Shown here in pieces: positions 12,801 to 24,800 of a DNA stretch of 62,267 nucleotides (position 1 is its first letter; each line of letters starts with the position of its first letter). The notes beneath the pieces are model-generated. The model saw only the letters and a program-made list of their open reading frames with translations. It was not told where the DNA came from and ran no database searches. The translations under genes and the position numbers were made by a program. This stretch comes from Candidatus Omnitrophota bacterium (GTDB lineage: Bacteria > Omnitrophota > Gorgyraeia > JABMRG01 > JAFGKX01). The stretch spans positions 1 through 62,267 of the forward strand of contig JAZDPX010000042.1 in the NCBI GenBank assembly GCA_043797125.1, in the 5' to 3' direction.

Positions 12801-15800
12801 AACTGATGGCAAATGGCTTAAGGTTCTAAGCCAGAAAAACATTGACCAGCAAAAAGAGATTTTTGATGAATACAAAGTCAGCGATAACGGTGAAGTTCGC
12901 GATGAAGCCCTTGATTGCCTTGTAAGATTTGTAAAAGAAGGCATTGTGTTGAAAGACGAACCCGCTGAAATGCGGGCGGCGATGGAATTAGTGGCTATTT
13001 ACGCGGCAGATAACCGCCTCGACGATTTAAAAAATAGCAGTTATGCGCCGTTATGTATTGTTAAGGAAGAGGGTATGGAATTCGTATTGCCTTTGGAAGT
13101 CAGCTCGCATACACTCTCTAATGTGCGTGTTATGTTTAAAGGCAACAGGGAAATTGATGAAGAGGCGCTCCTTTTAATGAAAAAAGTTTTTAGAAACGGA
13201 AAAAGATTTATAAGTTCATACGCAGGTCGCACTCATTATTGGCTTCCGGTGCCGGTAGAAGGCGCAAACAAACAGAATATAGCCGTGGTTGCCATTGACG
13301 CAAAGGGCGCTATAAAAGGCAAAGCAGACGAAGAGGCTATAGCCTTTTCCGCGTATGCATTGACACACCTTTGCGAGGTTGATTATACAGGCGCCAGAAA
13401 GATCAGAGATGAGGTAAACAATGCGATTCTTTGGTGTAAGGGAAAAATCAAAGGCGAAGAGCCAAAAGTCTATTTTGACAGGCGAAGTCATTCAATTGTA
13501 GTTGCGCATGATAAATCTCCTAAAATGTGGAGTGTAAAAATAGAGAAAAATGTAGGAGCGGTTGTCAGCGAAAGGGATTTTTCACAAGAATATATTAATG
13601 GGTCAGATGATGTTAGCGAAATTTTTCATATTTCTTTACCTCTTTTGCCGCGCAATAAACCCAGGGATCCTACCGAAAGCACAAAGGTAGTGGACCTGAT
13701 TAATAAAATAAACAGATGTTTCGTAAGTGATGAAAAAAACACGGCTGGAAAAGACACAGCTTGGTTTTATATACAAAACGAACTATTAAATAAATACCCC
13801 AAACATACGCTTACCAAAGAAAACCTGCCTGTTTTTCAAAATTTATATATTAAAACCGCTGTAGAAGAAATAAAACAGCTTCTTGACGCAAGAGCCGATG
13901 AATATAATGTCCTGGATGCTTTTCTTGAAATAGAGAAATTAGAACAACATGTATCCAACGGTGACTTGCCGGCCAATAATACGCTTATTAAAAATAAGTT
14001 ACCAAGTTTGAAATATTTGGCCTATCTGGCTTTCACCGATATCCCTAAAGACGATGTGCTTGTATTGCTAAAAGTAAGGGCAAAACTGAAATTAGATGAT
14101 AAAGGTACGATTATAGATATGTATATGGACTTATATAAAGAGGCAATAGCCCCCTGGCAGATTTTGCTTATAGAATGCGTTGCGGAAGAAATCGCGGTTA
14201 AGCAGGGCATTAAGGATTGTGTTTTCGAATTGGAGTTTTCTGATACGGCACAACTTATAACCTTCGATTTTTCCAAAGCCGATATGGAAAACAAAATCAG
14301 GATTATCATAAAAGAAAACCCCCAAGATTTATCTAAAGATGTAGACATGCTTATAAAACAGGCAAGCGCGGCAGAAGCCGTGGGTGTTAAGAATGGAAGT
14401 AATCATAGGGTTATAACATCTTTGCCGCTCAAAACTGCGGTTAGGGGTATTTCGCGCGTAGATACTGTTATATCAATTGTTATAGTTACTGCCGGCCTTG
14501 GTGTCGGGTTGTTACTGGGATATTTCTTTGGCGTAGCAGTACCATTTATTGTAGCAGCTTCTTTATTTTCTATATTCGGAATATGGTATGTTGCAGCTAA
14601 GATATATAAGGCAAAATTTGCCTCAAAGAAAGCTGCGAAGGGAAAACCCGAGAAGGAAGAGACTATATACGACATTATAAAATCCGATTTTGAAGAAGCC
14701 TTAGGGTTAGAAAAAGTCGATGAGAAAATAGAAGCGTTAGAAAGCGCTCTAAAAGACGCGAAAAATAATTTGAGCTCCATATCAGAAGAAATCAGAACAA
14801 TAGAAGGCAAAAGAGCCCCGCTTGTTGATGCGCAAAGACAGGGCATAATTTTAAAGGTGGATGGAAAGGTCAAAAATATAAAAAGACAAACAGCGGGCAA
14901 GAGCTATTCCCGCAAACAAAAGATAAACCAAAAACATGAAGTGGTCTGGGAAGAACAGAATAAAGAATTAGGCGAGCTGACAAAACAACTGGACGAGTGC
15001 AATGGATTAAAACTGAAATTAGAGTGGTTAATACCGAAAATTGAAAAAGAATTTAAGCTGGCGAAAAAAGCAGCAAAACTGCTGCAGCCTGTTGTGCCAA
15101 GTGGGCACAAAAAAGTTATTAAGAAGAAAGAGCAACCGGAAGATAAACCCTATATAGAAGATAAAGAGCCAGAAAAGATTAAACCCAGCGATTTAGAGGA
15201 TAATCAAGCAGAATATACGACAGAAGTTGGAAAAATAAATAATCTGTTTAAGAAACATGAACAACGTATCAACGATTCCATGAATTATACTACCAGCGAC
15301 GCCTTTGAAACTTCTTTAGCAGAAGCCCACAAAATACGCCTTCAGGCTATAAATTTAGCTAAGGAAGATTCTTCTAATGTTAAGTTGCAGAAAGCCCTGC
15401 TAAAATTTGATGGATATAGCGAATATGTAAACCTGGCTATGCAGTATGCCAGCTGGCTTTTTGAAGACGCGCAAAGATATTACGACGCGCACAACGAATC
15501 GCTAGATTCTTTTCCTTCTAAGTACGCAAACGCCCAGGTAATATTATATACAGAATTAATTGGGTCACGAGATATAGGCGCGTTTGATAAAAAGGCGCAG
15601 GAAATTCGTCAGGGAAAGCTTGATAGAGGATTCCCCGTAGGAATTTCTGTTTTTGAAAATAACCTTAAAGCGGCAAGGGTGGAGTTTGCAAAATTAAATG
15701 AAGGCAACAAGGAAGAAACCCCGGTTACACTTGAAATAATTGCAAACCATTTAAATAATAAGACATTCGAAAAAGAAGAAAACCAATATGAACTGAAAAC

Positions 15801-18800
15801 ACAGTTGCTATCTTCAGGTAAGAGGCTCTATATGAGGATAGACGAAGTCGGCGGCGAAAAGTGTATGGACTTTGATATACAAAAATATATACCGGATGAA
15901 GGGAAATTTATTATCAAGTTTAATAGAATTTACAACAAAGACTACCCCAGCCTATTCTTGCCAGAAGTCATAAAATTGATTATGCAGCTACCGGGCTTCG
16001 AAAAAGGCGCAGTATTTGAGGATACCGACGGCAACGTAGTCGATTTCGGCGGCTCTGAAAACGACGATTCGTTCCTGAAGAAGGTCTACGGCTTTGTGCT
16101 ACCTTTGCTATTGTTCTACGGTCCTAAAATCCTGGAATTTCTTAAAGACAGGCCCGTTGGGCTTTCGACGAAAATAGTCCAAGGCGATAGAATTGATTGG
16201 CTTCTTACTGAATTAGAGGAGAAGCTTAAGGACGATCCCAAATCCGCAGAAATGATAGAAATTAATGATTTGTATAGCAAAGCGAAAACAGCTATTAATA
16301 AAGGAAAAGTCTATTTAAGCGAGGCGGAATCGTGTCTAAAGGAATTAAAAGATAAAAGCCACAACATTAGATTAATATCTGTAACCGCTGTTTTCAATTT
16401 AGTACATAATGAAGCAGTCAATATTCGAAATAGCAAAGATATTAAACCTAAATGGGAAAACGCGAAAACTGAAAGTGATTTTAACGAATTGCGCAAAGCT
16501 ATTAAGGCCTACCCGGTTATTGAAGCGCAGAGAGGGAAAAAATTAAGTGACCATGAAAAGCAAAGACAGCGGATACAGAAAATAGCCAAGCAAGAACTGC
16601 TTCTTCTTGTAATGGAGAACGAAATAATTGCTTTAAAAAGGAAAATAGAGTCGCCGTCTACGCAAAAGAAGTCAGTAATAAAGCAAGACACAAAGAAAAC
16701 ACAGAAAGAAAAAGAAGCAACGAGGCTGTTTGATGAATTTGTAAAACATCTCAACGACTCCAAACACCGAATATTTGAAACCGCGAAAGCCGGGTTTGGC
16801 AAATCGTGGGAAAGTGCATGGGAAGAAAGCAAAACACTTTATAATAAAGCAAAAGAAATGCTAAACAGCTCAAAAATGCTGAATTACTGCGATATAGATA
16901 TGCTTGGCAAGGCCAACAAGATGCTGGAACAGACGCTGATTCTTCGCGAAACCGCAAAAGCGATTTTTCAATGGGATTTTGAGCTTGCAAAAGAAGAAAA
17001 AGCGAAATTAACCAATCTGAAACATCAAGATACAATGAATGTCTATTTTCAAGAGCAGAAGAAGCTAAAGGAAATGATAATAAACTATATAAACGATGGG
17101 AAACAAGATGAATTCGAAAAAGAAGTAAAGCACATAGAAAATAAATTTGTTAAGCCGGATTTGAGCACTCTAAAAGAGCAGGCAAAGCTGCGCGAAGAGG
17201 AAATCGCGCGTTTTGACAATTATGATCAACTAGAAAAGTTTATGGACTCATTAGTCGAATTTAAAGCATATGACAAGATTTCAGTTATCGTTACTTATAC
17301 AGCTAAGGACTCAGCTGAACTTTTAGAGCGTGGTGTTGTTGCAAGTGATAGGTATTCAAGACGTGCTTTATTAGATTATTGTCGTATTAAGGACGGCGAT
17401 ATAAATAAATCTTTTATTATTAAAATGAGGCAGGAAAAGAACTGCCCATTGAGTTATTTTTATAACGTAAAGAAGCGCCTTGAGGAAGCGGTTGAGCAAT
17501 TTAAAGATACCGCAACAGAAAAACAGGAAATAAACTACGAATTAAAATTATCTGGCAAGGAAGCGCTTAAGTTTATTAAATTTCTCAATTCCAGGAAAGA
17601 GGAATGGGCCGGCAAAATATCGGGAATGATTATAGTTGCTGTCTACGGAAGCATTAACATGGCAAAGGATATAAGTGACCCCAAGCAGGCTGCATTGTTG
17701 TCGGAGAAAATCAACCTTCATATTAATTCAACCGAACGTTTTGATGTTAGAGTAATGACAGCTGTAAAGAATTCGGATGATTATAAAGCTGTATATGAAA
17801 TGATTACTCAAGCGTTTGAAGAGGTCACCAAGCCGCAAGAAGAAGCTATCGTAGAGTCAGAGCCGATAACCTGCAAATTAAGCGGTGGGGCGGTTATTGA
17901 AGCTGTTGAAGGTATAATGGCAAATGGTATGACATGTGATACCATGGGATATATTAAAATTATTATACCAGGTATCAATTACGAGCATGTTTTTGAGCAC
18001 TACGACTTGGATGCTATCGATGGCCTTAAGGCAACGATACAAGAAGGCAAGCTAGATGCTACGTTTACAGTTAAAGTGATAATCGGTTTTAAAAACAGCC
18101 CTGATGAAAAAGGCATAGAAAAAATTACTGCGATTCTTAAAAATGCCGAAGGCGCTTATGCCAAAGTAAAGTTAGTAGAAGAGCTGGAAGAATTAGACCA
18201 GGAGAATATAGATGGGAAAATGCCCGATGGAAAATATACTTTAAGAGACGTTGATATCGTTTTAGATGGTCTAGAAGAAAACATATCTATTCAAATGAGT
18301 CTGTATGATGATAAAAATGAACACGGCGACATTTTTATATGGGCACTCAACTATTCATCAGAAGAGGAAAAATTTACAGCTAGTTGGCTTGATATGGCGG
18401 AAGGACATCGCGAGGAAAGATTAATAGCAAAAGTAATACAGCGCATTTTACAATGCAAACTTATTCCGGATAAGGCAAGATTTGAGTTTATTATAGGCGC
18501 AAGCCGCGGTCAAACGAAGGCATTACTAGACCCTGAACTCGGCGGTGATTTATCAGAATTTGGGCTATCCTGCAGTGTTGAAGAAAGAGACAGTGAAATT
18601 GTTTACACAGTCAAGAAAACGGACAAAATGAACGAAGAGGTCACCACGTTACAAGTTCATGAGCCGATGAAAACGGATGACCAGGTCACATTTGACCATG
18701 TCAGCAATGTTACTGAAGAAAAACCGATTAGCCTCAAGACAGTTGCGGATAGTCTGAATAAAACGACATTAGAAAAAGATAAGCACATGTATTCTTTGAC

Positions 18801-21800
18801 AACGAGCTTTACAGATTGCATAAAAGTCGGTGGCTACGAAAGCCTCTACATAAGAATAGAGGAACAGGGTAGAAGGTGTCTCGACTGGCATATTGAGTAT
18901 TTCCCAAGCGAAAATAAATTTGCTATGGGTCTCCCTATCCGCGCAGAACAAATGGATAACGCTAATTTATTATGCCCCGAAGTTATAAAATTAATCAAAC
19001 AAATGTTCGGCATAAAAAGAGATTTAATATTTGAGGATAATAAAGGTAATATTGTTGATTTTGGCGGCTTGAAAAAGCAAACCGGCAAAACCGACAAAAA
19101 ACAGCCAGCCGTATTAACCAATGAGGAATCCAATGCATTTGTGAAATATCTTAAGAGCCAGACCGTATGCAACGGCGAAAAAATAGAAGCAAAATGGTGG
19201 AGGCATGGTTCTAGTAATCCGGTTTTTGAAATAGAGGCAGGCAAGCTTGATAAATGGAGATTTTCATATGAAGCAAAAGGCAATGACATAATAATTGACA
19301 CCCTATTGAGCAATGATGCTGTAGATTTTAGTGGTTGGACATACAAAGGCTTAGAGGATGCCGATACTACCGTAATGGTTGAGCTGATAAAAGTCATTTT
19401 ATCAGCCGAGCAGATTCCGGATGATGCGAAGTTTGAATTTCATATAGCCTCAAAGGACCAAGATACCCTTAATTTCTTTAATACCTTGATAGCGAAACAT
19501 GCGCCAAACTTTGGCCTTCAGTGTAAAGAGAGCCGCTGGGGTTATTTTGTATACGCAGATAAACAGGTTACCCCCCCGCTTACGCTCGAGGCAAGCAAGT
19601 CGCAACGAACAATGCCGCAACAGCAAGCAGACTACAAAGTTATAACAATGAAATTTACGCTTGCGGGAGATAGTTTAAAGCATTTTGCGTGGATGAGCAA
19701 TCATAAGGATTATAGCCTGTTAAAAAATAAAACCTGCGTTTCTTCATTTACTGTCTTTACTCAAGCTGTAAAAGGAAAAGTATTTGATATGCTGAAAGAG
19801 ACATATGACGGTAAAGATGTAAATGACCTGCAATATGCAATAAGCGAGAATAGTTTGTTTGTTGAGCAAGGCGTGGAAGTAGAGGTTGTCGTAAAATCAG
19901 AATATGCTGCGGAGACAAAGAGGCTGCTTGGGGAGATGTTGAAAAACTCGTCTAATGCAAAAATAGAGCTTGAAACAATTGAAGACGCAGCTGCAGCATT
20001 ACCCAGCCAGGCCGCGATCTCGCAAGAAAAAACAACAAAAGGCATGGAGGATATAGAAATAAATCCTGTTATAACCACAGATGAGCATATGTACGAAATA
20101 CGTAAATTTTTGCAGAATCAAAAAATAACAGCAAAAGAATCAAAGACCGACTACAAACTAAGTTTGTCTTGGAGCGAATTTGATGAGAACGGTTTCGAAG
20201 CATGCTTTTATATATATCACAACACCGAACCCAAAGCCCTTGTTGACTGGCATGTGACTTATTACCCAAAATACAATAAAATTCAATTTAAAGCTTTTAG
20301 CTCCAGATTCGTCGAGGAATGCAAACAGCAGGGCCTAATAGTCGCATTTATGCAGGCTATAAATAACGCGCCGAATATGGCAAATACAAAATTTGAATTT
20401 CCTGTTTACGCAATCGGCAAAGATGTATTTGAAAAAGAAATCAAGCCGTATTTACCGGATTATGGCTTTGAATTCGTTGAGGGAGTTAAAAACTGGGTGT
20501 CTGTTTATTTTGTTGCGAAAACTGATAAAAAGGACACAACGGACGAAACGAAAGACAAGACCACCAGGTCACAAGTCACCACGTCACAAGTTCCAGAAAC
20601 GAAAATTACAGGAAAAACTGCGGATATGTCCTTTAAGGCGTTTAGTGAAGAAATCGATACAATAACCGACGAGATTTCAAATAAGTACAAAAAAGACTGG
20701 GAGGAAAAGATAAGACATATAGTAATTAGTGTGGATGGAATCGATTTGATAATAGGAGACGATTCAATAGGCAAACAAATAGGCCTTCGGTTAGAAGAAA
20801 GAGGCATGTGGTCTTCTGAAGTGCAAGTTACACTAGCAGTTGTTTTTATAACAGAGCCAGATGATTCCGTTATCAGCGAAATTAATTCCATAATCAAGAA
20901 AAACATAGCTTTAAAAACAAAAATACCCCCCATAGAAGGCAATGTGCTCGCATGGAAGCCGAATGATGTTGAAGGCGAAGATATAGAAAATACCTCATTT
21001 TCGTTAATCTTCAAAGATTCTAGAATGCATGTAAGAACGGCACCTTCTTTGCCGATAACTTATGAACAGGCAATAAAATTCATAGAAGAATATAAACAAA
21101 GAATGATAGAGCGCGCAGAAAAAGTTCTTGAGATTCCGCATCTGGTAGCTGATTTTGGCAATGCCACGGGCTCATCTGTATATGGATTAAAAAGTCCGAA
21201 AGACGCAGACGATATTATGAAATCTATGGATGGAGCTTATAACAAGAAACTTACCAAGTTGGTGTTAGAAACCCGAGAGCAGGCGCACAAAGATACTGAG
21301 GAACTAAGAGCTATCATGGAGCTTTTAGAGAGCTGTATCAGCGGAGCTAAGGCGGTTGAAACAGAAGAGGTCACCAGTCACAAGGTCACCACGTCACAAG
21401 AGGCAGAGAAAATAACCCTAACCGATGACGGCAAAGGCGCTCTTGTGTGGCAGCATCATAAGACGGAAAAAATATTTAGTAATATAAATGCAGAGCAGTA
21501 TTATTTAATACAGCGAACTGATATACAAAAAATTAAAGAAAGCGAAAGATCCAGCGATATTCCTAAAATTAAGATAACAGGTCAGAGCTTGCTTAAATTT
21601 TTGAACGATAACGATGAAATCATAGATGATTGTAAAGCGTTGGTAACTAATGAATACATAAACGTATATGAGTTGGTAACGACTGTTTATGAAGCGGATG
21701 AATATGCAGGATCGTATAGCCTACATCTGTACAAAACTCCGGAAAAAACAGATGTGAATGCACTAAAAAAATTACTTTACGAAATAGGAAAAAAAGAGAT

Positions 21801-24800
21801 AGAGGTTCAGTTTGTCGTGCGGTCCAGCGGAATAGACAAGTTAGAGCCGAACCTGAAAAAGCTAAAAGATATATTTGAGACATACATAGAAGGAGCCGGA
21901 AAAGTCACAAGACACAAGTCACAAGACACAAGGTCACAAGAAACTGAACAAGCTGCGCTAACCGGTAAACAGATAGATGAGTTCGGGTGTTATCTAAAAA
22001 ATCAGAAAATCGACGGTGTTGACTTAAATCAAAAAAGGGTAACCTATGGAATAACAGTAATTTATTTAGAGGAAACATCCTACGGGTTTCAATTCAAAAT
22101 CGCGATAGATAGAGAGGTTGAAGAAGGCAAAGATTATTTTAGCTGCGATGTTATGTATGATTTTAATAGAAAGGCATTTGCATGCGTTAATTTCAGCGTG
22201 CAGGGAGGAATATATAAATTTATCAAAATGGTGGAATTAATTTTAAATGCCCCTCATATTCCAAAAGACGCAAAGCTGGTTTACAATGTATATAGCGAGG
22301 ATGGTTCCTCAAAAAAGCAGCTTAACAATTTTGGCGATTTATCAGAATATGGCTTAATTCACAGCGCTAAAAAAGAAGGCAATATTTATACTGCTAACAG
22401 CATCACTAAAATACAAAAAAAGGACGATAAAGAGGTCACAAAGCCACAAGTAAAAAAGAAAAAACGAACATCTGGCAATGAAGGTAATGGTGGTTCAGGA
22501 TTTGGCACAAGCCTTGGAACCTGGTGCGCGGCGTTTATGGTAATTCCTTTTGCATGGGAAGGCTTTGCGACCATGTTCGGAGTTGACCCTGCGGCTAAAC
22601 TGGCTGTGCATGGTTTTATATTCGCGACACTGGGGATTTTTGGCAGCGCGATTTCTTTTAAGTGGTGGAAAGAGTTTTTTAATAATTTCTTTGCTGACCT
22701 GCTTTCGTACAAAGCAATACCAACTGATTATGCGAAAAAAGTCAAAGAAGTTACAAAAAAGATAAAAGATGTAAAGCTGGGTAAGGGTAAAGAAAACGCA
22801 AAATATAACCAGATTAGCTCAAGCGCAGCAGGGCTTTATGAAAATATCCCATCAAGCGTAAAGAAGGATTTTGCTAAAATCATCGGGCGCAATTCATCTT
22901 TGGATATGTTTTATAGGTTTTTAAAAGAAATCTCGGTTATCTCCGCGGCTGAAGAGTCATACCATCCTATAGATTACATAGCTGCGCAAGCAAGATTTAA
23001 TAAGCTTAAGAAAGATAAAAGTGCGCTAAGCTCTTTAGGTAATTTAGATATTTCCTGGGAAGTCATATTTTTAACAATAGGCCTGCTTGAGCATAGTATG
23101 CTTTTACCGAAAGAATGGAAATTGCACCGCCATATAGATATCACCAAGGACTTTCTTGTAAAATTAGGATATAAAAAAGAAACGAAACAGGTTTTAAATC
23201 TTATAAAAGCATATCACAGTATTATGAGCTCACATGCAGATGATGAATTTTTGACTAAGAAAGCTGTTGAGAATGTGGTTAGCATAATTACCAAAGAAGA
23301 CTCCGAGAAAAGAGAGCTGAAAGCATCAATGAATATAATGCTTATGGCGCTTGGCGAGGAAGTAAAAGAAGCAAAATCTGAAAAAAGAGTTGTTTCCGAA
23401 GAGTTGCCAACTCCGGAAATAAGCGTAGAAACAGATATTACAGAGTCTGAAGAGGATGAAAGCATTGACTATACAGATACAGATGGCGAAAAAGAAACTA
23501 AAAAGTCCGAAATAAAACAATCTCACGATGTTACTTTTGGTATGGAAATGTTCAAAAAATACCATAATCCCGACTTAGTCTTTCAGGATGATGGAGAGGG
23601 AGAAAGTATTGAAGAAGGCGGAGATGATGCTATCGGAACATATTCAGTGACATATAATAATTTCTGTATTCTTGCCGATATATTAATTCAGGAACGCGAC
23701 AATATACGCGCTTCGGCAGGTTACAAAAGAGTTGACTTGAAAGTTGTTAAGGAATGGATTTCTAAAGGAGTAAGCCAAAAATCAGAAAAGGAATATGATA
23801 TCACAAACAAGTTTTTTGTTGAACAGATGCTAAAAGACGCGGAGGTTGATTTGGGTAAAGAGTCTATGAGCATCAGCGTAATAGTAGAGAATATAGAATC
23901 TACGCCCGGCAGAGTTATCGAATTGCTCAACGAAGCAGAAACCGGAAAAATAGCTGAAATGGCGAAAGCCGAAACTCCGGGTTTGTTCATAGGCAAAACA
24001 GTAACAGCTTGGCGGATAACGCCAAAAGATCTGCGTAATCTCGTAAAATCTCTGACAGAAGAATTAGATGCCGATAAAAATAAATATAAAGGGCTTTCTT
24101 TTCGCATTCAGGAAAAAGGTAAAACAGGATTCGATATGTATAATATTAATAATACGGATGATCTTAGGAACTTAGACAACTGTATTTACGCGCAAATATA
24201 TCCTTATGACAGGCCATTAATGGTCATAATACAGGATTCAGACTCAAGCGACAAGAAAGAACATGCGCAACTCGTAGTTAAGAAGTTTATTCGTTATCGT
24301 AAATTTACGAATGAAGAGGCAAAAGAATGGTTAAAGCCTGGAAAGAAGCACACAGGATATGGGGATTGGCTGTCGTCTATTGATACAGGTAATTTCATCT
24401 TTGCGCTAGTAGCGATCCTAACCGGAGCAATAATATGGTTTTTCACAGGTGGCAGCAGCACAGAACATCATGATATGATTCTGCCGATTTTATCTGTGGG
24501 TGTAGGGTCAAGCCTTAGAGATTCAATAACAGCTACAGTTTATAATCTTTTTGTTTACAATAAAGATTTAGAAAAGACAAAAAACCGGCAGTCAGATGAA
24601 ACCGAATATACCAAAACAGAAAGTATAAAAAAGGTAGAACAAACACATAATACTGCTTTACCAGAAAACGACTTAAAAAATCGCCAAAGATTCTTCTATG
24701 GGCCCATAAATACCTTTGCGGGCATAGCAAGCTTAATCCTGCTTTCGCCTTTCTGGGCTTACGGAGGGCTTGTAAAGGCGTTACACAAGCTGTTCAGCAA

